This document shows, one piece after another, positions 46,537-55,618 of a stretch of 64,000 nt of DNA. A model generated the notes under the pieces. It saw nothing but the letters and a program-made list of their open reading frames with translations, did not search any database and was not told the origin of the DNA. A program made the position numbers and the translations under genes. Numbering within the stretch: position 1 is the first letter of the stretch; every line of letters begins with the position of its first letter. The stretch comes from a virus. The DNA lies in the IMG/VR virus record IMGVR_UViG_3300045988_163643, positions 64,001 through 128,000 of that record; one strand, written 5' to 3'.

Positions 46537-46590
46537 TGAAATATAAAATAAAAATAAAGTAAATATAGTTAAAAAATGGAGAGATAATGA

Positions 46591-47616
46591 ATGGAAGAAA
46601 AAGAAAAAAGAGCAATAGATATAGAAGATATGTTTGAAGTCTGTACTATAAAAGATGAACATGGGGAAGACGGTTATAGTTTAGGAACATATAAGGACAG
46701 ACAAGCTTTAAGTGGTTTTTATATAAAAGCTAAAAGAGATAGCTTATTAGAGAGAGTAGAAGGTTTCTTTTGTGGTAAATTTAAATTAGAAAATGACCCT
46801 GAAAATTATAGACAAGAAGCGAGGATAGAGCTTTGGTTATCAATAGATAAATATTATAATAAACTTGGCTATGATGATAGTGTTAAAGGAGATGGATTAA
46901 TATTTACAAATTGCAAATATAAAGCAATGGATATGGCTAAATTGGCAAAGGGAAATGTATCTGTTTGTGATAGAACAACTGGCAAATATTATATAAATAA
47001 AATAGAATCATTTGAACAGAAGTTCATTGAAGAAAATGATAAAATGAGAAATCAAAAAGATGAGAAATATTTAAGTGAAAAATATAATATTGAAGATTTT
47101 AATAAAGTATTTACTGGAGAATATGAAACAACAAATGAATTTATTCGATGGTTTGAAAAAAATAAAAGTTATATATTAACAAAAAAACAAATAGATTATT
47201 TAAATGGAGATGCAATAATAAAAAACGCAAGTGGCGTTTGGATAATAAATAAAAATATAAGAAAAAGAGTAGAAAGTTGTTATGCAAATGATAAATTAAA
47301 AAAAGAAAGAATTAAGAAATTAAATAAAAAATTAAAGAGTGTAAATTATTTATTAGAATTTAGTGATGAAGAAGATTTGATTAATAGACTTAAAAGAATG
47401 TCAAAAAGAAAAGATGATAGAATTTTAATGAAATTATTTGAATATCTAAGTAAAGATGAATGTATTCTATTAACTAGAATATTAAATGATAAAGATTATG
47501 AAGTTGAAAGTAAAAAGTTTTATTATAACATAATAGAAATATTAATAAATGAAGAAGTATACATAAATAATTTAATTGAAAACATGAAAAAGGAAGGTGA
47601 AATCCCTTGGGATTAA
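46591..47616 (+). CDS. possible second sigma-70-like / transcription factor
   Basis: Region-2-like YRQEARIELWLSIDKYYNK...FTNCKYKAMDMAKLA. Possible region-4-like ILTKKQIDYLNG. Weak. Confidence 0.35.
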   Translation: MEEKEKRAIDIEDMFEVCTIKDEHGEDGYSLGTYKDRQALSGFYIKAKRDSLLERVEGFFCGKFKLENDPENYRQEARIELWLSIDKYYNKLGYDDSVKGDGLIFTNCKYKAMDMAKLAKGNVSVCDRTTGKYYINKIESFEQKFIEENDKMRNQKDEKYLSEKYNIEDFNKVFTGEYETTNEFIRWFEKNKSYILTKKQIDYLNGDAIIKNASGVWIINKNIRKRVESCYANDKLKKERIKKLNKKLKSVNYLLEFSDEEDLINRLKRMSKRKDDRILMKLFEYLSKDECILLTRILNDKDYEVESKKFYYNIIEILINEEVYINNLIENMKKEGEIPWD

Positions 47617-48062
47617 AAAGAAGAAATGTTAGAAGCATTAATGAAAAAGAAAATAATAAAATAGAGATATGTGCTTCAGAGGAAAATAAAGAAGATGTAA
47701 AGGAAGTTACTACTGAAAAGGTAGAATTAGCTAACGATATGATTAAAACTCCAATAGAGCCAATTAACGAGCTTACAGATACAATTGAAGAAGATACTAA
47801 TGTTGCAGAAGAAAAAGAAGTAGAAAATTCAAATGTAGAAAAAGAAGATATAGCAAAAATAATAGAAGAAGAAAATAATAAATCTGAAGAAGATAAAAAA
47901 GTTATATGTTTGGATACTGGAATAGTATATGAAAACAGTAAAGATGCAGAAAGTAAAACTGTTGCTAAATCCAATGCTATAACTAGGTGTTGTAATGGAA
48001 ATTGTAAAAAAGCTGGTAAATTAAGATGGCAATATTATAAAGATTATTTACTTGAAAAATAA
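47607..48062 (+). CDS. acidic protein with C-terminal NUMOD1-like DNA-binding motif
   Basis: TTG start after GGAAGGTGA. VICLDTGIVYENSKDAESKTVAKSNAITRCCNGNCKKAGKLRWQYY. Confidence 0.45.
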   Translation: MGLKRRNVRSINEKENNKIEICASEENKEDVKEVTTEKVELANDMIKTPIEPINELTDTIEEDTNVAEEKEVENSNVEKEDIAKIIEEENNKSEEDKKVICLDTGIVYENSKDAESKTVAKSNAITRCCNGNCKKAGKLRWQYYKDYLLEK

Positions 48063-48073
48063 AATAAAAATAT

Positions 48074-48102
48074 TTGACTTTTAATGAAAATATTAGTATT
48101 AT
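48074..48102 (+). promoter_or_regulatory. promoter TTGACT-17-TATTAT
   Basis: TTGACTTTTAATGAAAATATTAGTATTAT. Confidence 0.55.
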
Positions 48103-48221
48103 ATAAGTAAAGCTACGATAAATCAATAAAAAACATATATAGTTGTCTTACATAAAAAATGTAATATTTCAATTAATGCACCATAAACGGTATATTAATT
48201 AATATGTAAGGAGAGATAACA

Positions 48222-49010
48222 ATGACTGAAAAAGAATTTGTAAGGGCATTGGTAGCAGAATGTAAAAGGAATGGATATAGAATATCGCAACCTAATGTTA
48301 AAAAAGTAATAAAATCTTTAAGAAATTTGACATTTAAAACTTGTTTAGAAGGAGAAGAAGTTAGATTGTTAGGGTTTTGCACATTTACACCTGAAGAAAC
48401 AAGAGATGTAATCCTACCAAATGGAGAACACAATAAAAAGAGAACTGTCATAAGAGTAAAATTAACAGAAGTATTTAAAAGAAGGTTTAGAGATACAGCA
48501 GTATTAGTAAGAGATGGAGCTATGGATATATCAGATATTCATTATAATATGTTCTTTGAAGATGATGAGGAATATGATGATTTGTTTGATGATTTAGATG
48601 AAGAAATAGAGGAAATAGAAGAACAGATAGCAGAACTAGAAGATGAAGACGAAGAAGATGAAATTGACGACGACGACGATGATGAAGACGATAATATAGA
48701 AGATGATGAAGATGAAGAATTGGATAGCGAAGAAGATGAAGATGATACTGATGATGACAATATAGACAATGAAGAAACTGTTGTTGATGAGGAAGAAGAT
48801 GACAACTTAAACACAGAAGAAATGGAAGAAAATAACGATGATGAAGATACAGATGATGATACTGATTCTGAAGACGAGGAAGAAGATGAAACCGACGATG
48901 AAGATGATGAATCAGATGAAGAAGAAGAAAATTCTGAAACAGAAGAACTAATAGAAAAATTAAATAGTTTGTATGAAGAATTTAAAAGTAATTTAAGAGG
49001 TGGAAAATAG
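48222..49010 (+). CDS. HU/IHF-fold DNA-binding protein fused to a ~170-aa poly-D/E tail
   Basis: N-terminal ~90 aa align to the HU pattern (EFVRALVAE...VRLLGFCTFTPEETRD...IRVKLTEVFKRRF). Residues ~110-250 are almost entirely D/E. Confidence 0.6.
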   Translation: MTEKEFVRALVAECKRNGYRISQPNVKKVIKSLRNLTFKTCLEGEEVRLLGFCTFTPEETRDVILPNGEHNKKRTVIRVKLTEVFKRRFRDTAVLVRDGAMDISDIHYNMFFEDDEEYDDLFDDLDEEIEEIEEQIAELEDEDEEDEIDDDDDDEDDNIEDDEDEELDSEEDEDDTDDDNIDNEETVVDEEEDDNLNTEEMEENNDDEDTDDDTDSEDEEEDETDDEDDESDEEEENSETEELIEKLNSLYEEFKSNLRGGK

Positions 49011-49402
49011 TGGAATTAAGGGCTATAAACAATATTAGTGCTGTAATTATAAGTACCGAAAATTGTAGTGAATATTTATTAAAAACAATTAACTTTATAA
49101 AATTAATTTATTACAATAATGAAATCTATATTAAACTATCTATTGAAGTATTTTCAGAAAAAGAAATAGAATTATATAAAAAGTTCATACAAAAAACAAT
49201 AGAAAAAGAAAAAAGTGAAGTATTTATAGATTTTTGTATAAAGGAAATAGATGCAAATGGTAAAAACCATAATAAATATAATCATTTAAGTTGTTCTTAT
49301 GGTATACCAAATAATATATGTTTATTAGAATTAAATTACACTGAAATTACATCAATAGATTATTATTTTAAAATTAATGATATTAATGAATTAAATTTAT
49401 AA
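49010..49402 (+). CDS. hypothetical protein (GTG start overlapping the upstream stop)
   Basis: 130 aa, SD AAGAGGTGGA. Confidence 0.45.
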   Translation: MELRAINNISAVIISTENCSEYLLKTINFIKLIYYNNEIYIKLSIEVFSEKEIELYKKFIQKTIEKEKSEVFIDFCIKEIDANGKNHNKYNHLSCSYGIPNNICLLELNYTEITSIDYYFKINDINELNL

Positions 49403-49424
49403 TTAAAAAAGGAGAGATGTTATT

Positions 49425-49634
49425 ATGGCAAAAATTTCAAAGAGTATGAGTTTTAAAAATTTTAGTTTTCGTATTAATAAAGATGAAGTGTTAAATAAAG
49501 ATGTTATATATTTAGTTGAAGAAACTAAAGATGACCAATTATTCCATTCATTAGATGAAATATTAGAATATTTTGCTGATGAAGATGGATTATCAATGAC
49601 TATAAAAATAGAAAAGAACCTTGGCGAAGAATAG
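49425..49634 (+). CDS. hypothetical protein
   Basis: 69 aa, SD AAGGAGAG. Confidence 0.5.
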   Translation: MAKISKSMSFKNFSFRINKDEVLNKDVIYLVEETKDDQLFHSLDEILEYFADEDGLSMTIKIEKNLGEE

Positions 49635-49671
49635 TAATTAAAAAAGAAAAAATAATCGAGGTGAAATAATA

Positions 49672-49941
49672 GTGATAACAAGTCCAAAAAGATTAAGAAG
49701 TAAACATGGGGTATTTAAAAAAGAATATGATATGATAGAATATCCTGAAGGTGTAGATATACAATTAGCTTATGAATTTAATGTTTATAACTTAGGTGAA
49801 GCAGATGTAGAAATACAATTTAATGAAGAAGGAGATTTCTTAACCTTAGAACCAGGTGAAGGATTTGAAGTTTCTCTACCTATAACTCATGCTGTAGTTA
49901 AAACAGATAATAGTAGGTTAAAATATTCTTATTGGTTTTGA
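49672..49941 (+). CDS. small beta-rich protein (paralog of 31732..31995), GTG start
   Basis: GAGGTG SD 8 nt upstream. Confidence 0.45.
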   Translation: MITSPKRLRSKHGVFKKEYDMIEYPEGVDIQLAYEFNVYNLGEADVEIQFNEEGDFLTLEPGEGFEVSLPITHAVVKTDNSRLKYSYWF

Positions 49942-49958
49942 TTTTTTCAAAAAAAGAG

Positions 49959-49987
49959 TTTACAAAAGTGGGTAAAAATGTTATATT
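49959..49987 (+). promoter_or_regulatory. candidate promoter TTTACA-17-TATATT
   Basis: Immediately upstream of the tandem RNA units. Confidence 0.45.
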
Positions 49988-50013
49988 ATATATATAAGAT
50001 AAAATTAAAATAA

Positions 50014-50110
50014 GGCTAAAACAATTATTCCTTCTATATATCAAAAAACAATTAAAATTAGATTTTTCACCGTCTTACGGTGAAGTTAAAAAGTATAATT
50101 GTTAATCCCC
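50014..50110 (+). ncRNA. structured RNA unit 1 (GGCTA-stem-TCCTTCT-loop-stem-TCC)
   Basis: Stem AACAATTAT / ATAATTGTT. Inner hairpin CACCG-TCTTA-CGGTG. Confidence 0.45.
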
Positions 50111-50134
50111 TTATTAATAAATAAAATTATGTTT

Positions 50135-50206
50135 GGCTATATTAATTATTCCTTCTAATTGGTGATAATAAAGGTATCGATTGTAAAAGTATAATTAATG
50201 ATTTCC
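50135..50206 (+). ncRNA. structured RNA unit 2
   Basis: Stem ATTAATTAT / ATAATTAAT, which covaries with unit 1. Confidence 0.45.
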
Positions 50207-50261
50207 AAACAATATAATTTTATAATAAATATTTCATATACATCACCCCCTTTTATATATT

Positions 50262-50294
50262 ATATCCACTCAGTTCGTTTGAGTGGATATTTTT
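50262..50294 (+). terminator. rho-independent terminator between units 2 and 3
   Basis: ATATCCACTC...GAGTGGATAT stem followed by TTTT. Confidence 0.6.
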
Positions 50295-50299
50295 CGAAA

Positions 50300-50360
50300 G
50301 GCTATAATCAGTTTTCCTTCTATATATAATACATGTGGATGATTTAAATTGATTAATTCC
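50300..50360 (+). ncRNA. structured RNA unit 3
   Basis: Stem TAATCA / TGATTA. Confidence 0.4.
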
Positions 50361-50386
50361 TTTTGATAGTATGTCGCATTATATAT

Positions 50387-50443
50387 GGCTATGTTTACTC
50401 TTCCTTCTTTTCTATTGGCTGAGATTTAGAATAAACAATTTCC
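50387..50443 (+). ncRNA. structured RNA unit 4
   Basis: Stem TGTTTA / TAAACA. The unit is enclosed by the 13-bp helix ATGTCGCATTATA (50371-83) / TATAATGCGACAT (50450-62). Confidence 0.4.
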
Positions 50444-50554
50444 ATTAATTATAATGCGACATTTTATTATTTATATGTTGAATAGATGGTTATAATAATC
50501 TTTATCTCCATGTATTGAATATATAAAATATTAAAATTAAGGAGTTGGTATTTA

Positions 50555-52660
50555 ATGAAAGAAATGAACACTATATATTTAAGAAGAAGAAATAAGGTAA
50601 TAGTTAATCTTAATAGTGATGATAGTGAAAAAGTGAGCGAACAAATAATAGCAACTTCATTAGTAAATTTAGAAAGTTATGGGTATACATTTTCAGAAAA
50701 ACTTATGGAAGAATTAAAATTATTATCTGTTGAACAATATATGGATTTTTATAATATGATAACATCAATAATTAAAGAATTAGTAGGAGTAGATAAAATT
50801 ACAGAACCTATGTATCCTAATTTTCCACAGCAAGTAATGGAAATGGATGAAGTTGAATTATATCTTAATGCAATAATTCATTATATTACTGATGGTCAAT
50901 TAGTTCCTGAGTATGAGAAAAAAGAAAGATTTCCTTTAATAGGAAATTATGACTTAACTGTTATAGACTTAGGAAGTGTTGAAGATTTCAATACAATATT
51001 TACTAATTTAGTATCATCTAAAGTAAGTATATCTGCTTCAGATAAATTAGATGTATCATGGTTTTTAAAAAAATTCAATAAAGAGTATTTAAAAGAAATC
51101 ATGCCTAAAGAAATTCCATTTAAAGAAATATTAAGTTATGTTACTATGGAATTATGGTATGGTGAATATGATAGTGACATTAAAGAAATATTAATACCTT
51201 ATTATAAAACAGCAACAGATGTCTTAAGATTAGCAACAGCTTTAAGCGATGGAGATGAAAGTCTATCAGAGTCTTGTTGTTATAATTCATTTAAAAGAAA
51301 AGATAGAAGAATACTATTAACAATGTTAGAAAATGCAAACAACATAGAAGAAGATATGCTTAGATATAAAGACAGATGGATAAGATTAGGAGAAGTATTG
51401 CATCCAGGTGAATATAAGAAATTTAAAAAAGTTAATAGAGCATTTGACAAAATAAGAAATGGTAAAAAAATAGATACATTTAATAGCAATATAGAAAAGG
51501 CATTTGAAGAAGAAGATTTAGATAAAGTTCTTGAATTATTAACTAGTAGACCTGGTGAATTTGCTAGAAGATTAGACAGGACTCTTAGATTAGCAATAAA
51601 TAAAGATGAAAGCAACAAAATAGTATTAGCATTTAGTCAAATAGCTGAAAAAATTCCTACACCTCTTTTATTACAGATTAGAAGTTATTTCATAAAAAGA
51701 AAAGAAAATAACAGCTTAAGAGTTTTCTCAATAAAAGGTTCAGGAAAATTATATGGTAAAGAAAATGACTTAAAAGAATTAGATGAAGTTACTTGTACTA
51801 GAATAGAAAACATTTGTAATCTTAGATTAATGAATGAATATTCTAAAAGAGATTATTTGGGTAAAGTTTATATAGATGAAGAATTAAAAGATTATATAGC
51901 TCCAATGTCTCAAAGAAATTCCAGTAAAGCATTAAAATCAGTTGCAAAAGGTAGTAAGATGAAAATAAAAGATGGAGCAAAATTTTTAAGAAATTTTGTA
52001 TATTGGAAACAAAAAGACGGCTATAGAGTAGATTTAGACTTGAGTGCAGTGTGTTTTGATAATGAATTAGAAGTTATTGATGAAATATGGTATCGTAATT
52101 TAAGAGGTTACAAAACAAATATTTGTCATAGTGGAGATTTTGTATCAGCCAAAGATGGAGCAAGTGAATTCATTGACATTGATATTGAAAAACCTAAAGA
52201 TTGTGGAGTTAGATACATCTTAGTTTCAATAAATAGTTTTACAGAATATCGCTTTAGCGAATTAGAAGATTGTTTTATGGGTTATATGGAATTAGACAAT
52301 AATACAACTGGTGAAGTATTTGAACCAAAAGCAGTAGCAAATAAATCTGATTTAAGTTCTGATTGTGAACAAGTAATTGCTAATATAATAGATTTAGAAG
52401 AAATGTGTATTTATTGGGCAGATGTCCCAGTAACAAAGAGTTTTGGATGTAACGACATAAAATTTAATAGAAAAAATTTAACATATACTTTAGAATCAAT
52501 AATAAACATATGCAAACCTAATTTATACGATGTAATATTTATGAATGCAATTGCTAGAGGAGAAATAGTAGATAATAAAGAAGAAGCAGAAGTAGTCTAT
52601 TCAATAGATGGAGACGTTACACCATTCGATGTAGATATAATTGTCGGAGAATATATATAA
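50555..52660 (+). CDS. large protein with C-terminal TerD-like domain
   Basis: RVDLDLSAVCFD...ICHSGDFVSAKDGASEFIDIDIEK...VRYILVSINSFT...FMGYMELDN matches TerD-family motifs. The N-terminal ~480 aa are unassigned. Confidence 0.55.
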   Translation: MKEMNTIYLRRRNKVIVNLNSDDSEKVSEQIIATSLVNLESYGYTFSEKLMEELKLLSVEQYMDFYNMITSIIKELVGVDKITEPMYPNFPQQVMEMDEVELYLNAIIHYITDGQLVPEYEKKERFPLIGNYDLTVIDLGSVEDFNTIFTNLVSSKVSISASDKLDVSWFLKKFNKEYLKEIMPKEIPFKEILSYVTMELWYGEYDSDIKEILIPYYKTATDVLRLATALSDGDESLSESCCYNSFKRKDRRILLTMLENANNIEEDMLRYKDRWIRLGEVLHPGEYKKFKKVNRAFDKIRNGKKIDTFNSNIEKAFEEEDLDKVLELLTSRPGEFARRLDRTLRLAINKDESNKIVLAFSQIAEKIPTPLLLQIRSYFIKRKENNSLRVFSIKGSGKLYGKENDLKELDEVTCTRIENICNLRLMNEYSKRDYLGKVYIDEELKDYIAPMSQRNSSKALKSVAKGSKMKIKDGAKFLRNFVYWKQKDGYRVDLDLSAVCFDNELEVIDEIWYRNLRGYKTNICHSGDFVSAKDGASEFIDIDIEKPKDCGVRYILVSINSFTEYRFSELEDCFMGYMELDNNTTGEVFEPKAVANKSDLSSDCEQVIANIIDLEEMCIYWADVPVTKSFGCNDIKFNRKNLTYTLESIINICKPNLYDVIFMNAIARGEIVDNKEEAEVVYSIDGDVTPFDVDIIVGEYI

Positions 52661-52668
52661 TAATTTAT

Positions 52669-52698
52669 GGTAGAAAAGTAATTTTCTACCTTTTTTTT
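52669..52698 (+). terminator. rho-independent terminator
   Basis: GGTAGAAAA...TTTTCTACC stem plus a T8 run. Confidence 0.7.
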
Positions 52699-52699
52699 A

Positions 52700-52728
52700 T
52701 TTACTTTTAATAAGAGTTTTAGTATAAT
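52700..52728 (+). promoter_or_regulatory. promoter TTTACT-17-TATAAT
   Basis: TTTACTTTTAATAAGAGTTTTAGTATAAT. Confidence 0.6.
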
Positions 52729-52770
52729 ATAAGTAAAGGATAATAGTAGATATAAAAGGAGAGATTGTAT

Positions 52771-54018
52771 ATGTTAGATGAAAAGTTCTTAAAAAGAGAA
52801 GATGAAACATTAGAAGAATATCAACTGAGATTATCCGTAATGAAACTAAAAGATGGAGAAGACATAGAATGGCAAGATATTAAAGAATTATTAAACAGTG
52901 ATGAACATAGAGATACGCTTAGAAGAAAAGGAAAAGGTCTTGTCATGGCTTATGATATATATGAAGAAAAGATAGCAAAATTAGAAGATGAATATTATTA
53001 TAAACTTAAAAAAATGAAAGAAAAAGTCGATGAAGAAATAGAAGATAAAAGATTGAGAGACATACAAAATAAAGTAAATCAATTGCAAAAAGAAAAACAA
53101 AAACTTAAAGATGAAAGAAATCATATAAATGCAGAAAGAAGAATAGTAGCTAGAGTAGAGCATTTAATTGAATGCACTAAAGATGAAATAGAAGAATTAA
53201 ATAAAACTAAACCATTACTTGGAAATATTGATTTAGTAAAAACAGTTTCAGAAAAAGAAGGAGTAGTTTTATTATCAGATATACATTATGGAGCTGAAAC
53301 AGATAATATATTAGATTGTTATAATCCACAAATATGTGAAAAGAAATTAAATTATTATTGTAAAAAAGTAATAGAATATGGAGAGTTAAACAATCTTTCT
53401 ACAATTCATATGTTGGGATTAGGTGATTTTATATCAGGATTAATACATAATGTAAATAGATTTGATTCAAGACTATTAATAACAGAACAAGTTGTAAAAA
53501 TAAGTGAGCTTATAGCAGAATTTATAAATGAATTAAGTAAACATTTTTATGTTAAATATGCAATAATAAATGGTAATCATAGTAGAATAGTTGCTGAAAA
53601 AGATAATAGTAGAGAAGAAGAGAATTTTACAGAATTTATTAGACCATTTGTAATGAATAGATTAGCTGAAAATAAAAATGTAGAATATATAAATCATAAA
53701 GATTGTGGAATTATTGAAGTGGATGTTTTAGGAAATAAATGTTTAGCAATACATGGAGATAATGATAGAGATAGAAATTTAGATAGATTAATACAAATGT
53801 ATGATTATCCTATTGATTATATATTTAGAGGACATTTCCACCAATCAAAACAATTTGATGTTAATAATACTACAGTTGTTTGTTCAGGTGCATTCGGAAG
53901 TGAGGGTTATGCAAAGAAAGGAAGACTTTATAATAAACCTATTCAAAAATTCCTAGTATTCAATAAAGAAGGAATGATATGTTCTTATGACATAAATTTA
54001 AATAATTATAAAAAATAA
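52771..54018 (+). CDS. calcineurin-like metallophosphoesterase with N-terminal coiled coil
   Basis: LLSDIHYG, GLGDFISG, INGNHS, AIHGDND and RGHFHQ motifs in canonical order. Start at ATG 52771 (AAAGGAGAG SD). Confidence 0.7.
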   Translation: MLDEKFLKREDETLEEYQLRLSVMKLKDGEDIEWQDIKELLNSDEHRDTLRRKGKGLVMAYDIYEEKIAKLEDEYYYKLKKMKEKVDEEIEDKRLRDIQNKVNQLQKEKQKLKDERNHINAERRIVARVEHLIECTKDEIEELNKTKPLLGNIDLVKTVSEKEGVVLLSDIHYGAETDNILDCYNPQICEKKLNYYCKKVIEYGELNNLSTIHMLGLGDFISGLIHNVNRFDSRLLITEQVVKISELIAEFINELSKHFYVKYAIINGNHSRIVAEKDNSREEENFTEFIRPFVMNRLAENKNVEYINHKDCGIIEVDVLGNKCLAIHGDNDRDRNLDRLIQMYDYPIDYIFRGHFHQSKQFDVNNTTVVCSGAFGSEGYAKKGRLYNKPIQKFLVFNKEGMICSYDINLNNYKK

Positions 54019-54096
54019 ATATTATATAGTGAGAGATTAATCAAAAATATTAAAAATGTAAAAAGTAGTCTTATAAAAATAGTGTAAGTTAATGTG

Positions 54097-54134
54097 GAAG
54101 GACGGTTTCACAGCTTACAATTTCCTTCTTTTTT
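54097..54134 (+). terminator. hairpin GAAGGA...TCCTTC plus T-run
   Basis: 6-bp stem, 20-nt loop, T6. Confidence 0.4.
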
Positions 54135-54185
54135 ACTATACTATTCTTATAATAATCTATATTTACTTTAATATCTCTCCGATTT

Positions 54186-54223
54186 GGGTATCATAGTCCT
54201 TTCAACTATGATACCCTTTTTTT
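54186..54223 (+). terminator. 11-bp-stem terminator just upstream of terS
   Basis: GGGTATCATAG...CTATGATACCC stem plus a T7 run. Confidence 0.65.
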
Positions 54224-54250
54224 ATTATATAAAACAGAAAGGAGAAAAAT

Positions 54251-54733
54251 ATGGCAAAAGCAAAAAAAGAAATAAAGAAAATAATATGTACTACTTGTGG
54301 AAGAGAATTGCCTGAAAAAGATTTTGGTAAATCTTACTCATTTAGAGACAAACTAAATGGAAGGTTACCAATTTGCAAAGACTGTTGTGCTAGTTTATAT
54401 GATAAGCTAATGGTAGATTATCAAGATGAAATGAAAGCATTATATAGATTTTGTATGATATTAGATTTATATTTTTCTAAGGATACAGTTATGGGATTAA
54501 TAAGTAAGAATAGAAATTCCGAAAGTAATCTTGGATATTTATATGTATTAAAATATAACTTAGTACAATATAAAAATAAAACATTCCAAGATACAACGGC
54601 ATTTGTAAATATATTTGGTATGACTGAAGAAGAAATGGAAGAAGCATTATATTTGAATACTGAAAAAACAAAAGAAGAAATAGAAAGAAAAACTAAAAAA
54701 ATAGTTACACCAGAAGTAATCAAACGTTGGGGT
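54251..54733 (+). CDS. terS: putative terminase small subunit, exon 1
   Basis: Lies directly upstream of and overlaps terL after splicing. N-terminal CTTCG...CKDCC zinc ribbon. The ORF ends a few codons into intron sequence. Confidence 0.45.
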
Positions 54734-55072
54734 AATTGCCCCCTATGTTTATAAAAAACATAGCAAACCTTTTGAATTGCTGGAAACCCCTAAAGCTTAA
54801 CACACTACAACGTGGCTAGAAATGGCGAACGTGAATGTTACGAAAGTAGAAAAAAGTTGTTAAGATGATATATGGTTAAATCCTAAGTATCTACAATAAT
54901 GGGCAATCAGCAACTAAGATTCTAAGTGATGATTTGTCATATGAATAAAGTCCAACGACTAGATAGGAATATCGTACACTCAAGCGAGTGGAAGTGGAAG
55001 GTATCCTATAAATATAGGATAATGATATAGTCTAATCTCATATGAAAGTATGAGCAGTCGAAAGACGGTATG
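54734..55072 (+). mobile_element. group I-like intron A (ORF-less, ~339 nt)
   Basis: P1 hairpin GGGGU|AAUU-GCCCC with U.G at the 5' splice site. Core-like ACTACAACG and GATATAGTCT. Homologous to intron D. The 3' end ..GGTATG restores the frame. Confidence 0.65.
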
Positions 55073-55618
55073 TATGTAGCGAATACATATGAATATAAAT
55101 GTTCTGATTTAGAGTTAGACGATTATATTTTTCTCGAAGATAGATATAATCAGATGCTTTTAGCCTATGATGATAAGAATCCTTCATCCCTGTGGTCATA
55201 TCAAGAAATATGTATGAATTATTTACTCCTTAGAAAAGATAGGGGAAATGTTCAACTTCAAAAAAGTATCCAAGAAATTAATAGTAAATTACAAGCAGAT
55301 TGTAAAATGAAGTTATCGCAAATAGATAATGATGATGATGATAATGCTTGTTTTGGAAAGTTTATAGATAAAATAGAATTATATGAACCATGTAATAAAA
55401 AATTACCATTCTTTGAAGATATAGATGGAATAAGACAATACTTAAAAAGATGGTTCGTTTTGCCTTTTGCGAAACAGTGGAAACTAGCTAAAAATGATGT
55501 ATTAGAAGGAGAGGAAGGAATAGAAGATTATGAGGATGTAGATAAAATATATAATGAACAAAATAAGAATAAAGCTGAAGTAGAGAATGAAGTAGGTGAG
55601 GAAGACAATGACAAGTAG
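55073..55618 (+). CDS. terS: putative terminase small subunit, exon 2
   Basis: Frame is open from 55046. Junction gives ..VIKRWG|YVANTYEYKCSDLELDDY. The exact 3' splice site is uncertain by up to 9 nt. Confidence 0.45.
   Translation, partial: YVANTYEYKCSDLELDDYIFLEDRYNQMLLAYDDKNPSSLWSYQEICMNYLLLRKDRGNVQLQKSIQEINSKLQADCKMKLSQIDNDDDDNACFGKFIDKIELYEPCNKKLPFFEDIDGIRQYLKRWFVLPFAKQWKLAKNDVLEGEEGIEDYEDVDKIYNEQNKNKAEVENEVGEEDNDK

Noticed and set aside
48542-48814. Poly-Ser ORF (also 47474..47974, 42217..42600, 49403..49687, 51280..51618 and similar)
   Set aside because: These are antisense shadows of well-supported genes (for example the D/E tail read backwards). They have no SD and low-complexity translations.
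54734-54754. ORF tails NCPLCL* (terS), VICLDIHIYKSISVIG* (terL, 56159..56210) and ISSLY* (61218..61236)
   Set aside because: These are read-through into intron sequence. Splicing at the U.G site restores conserved protein motifs.
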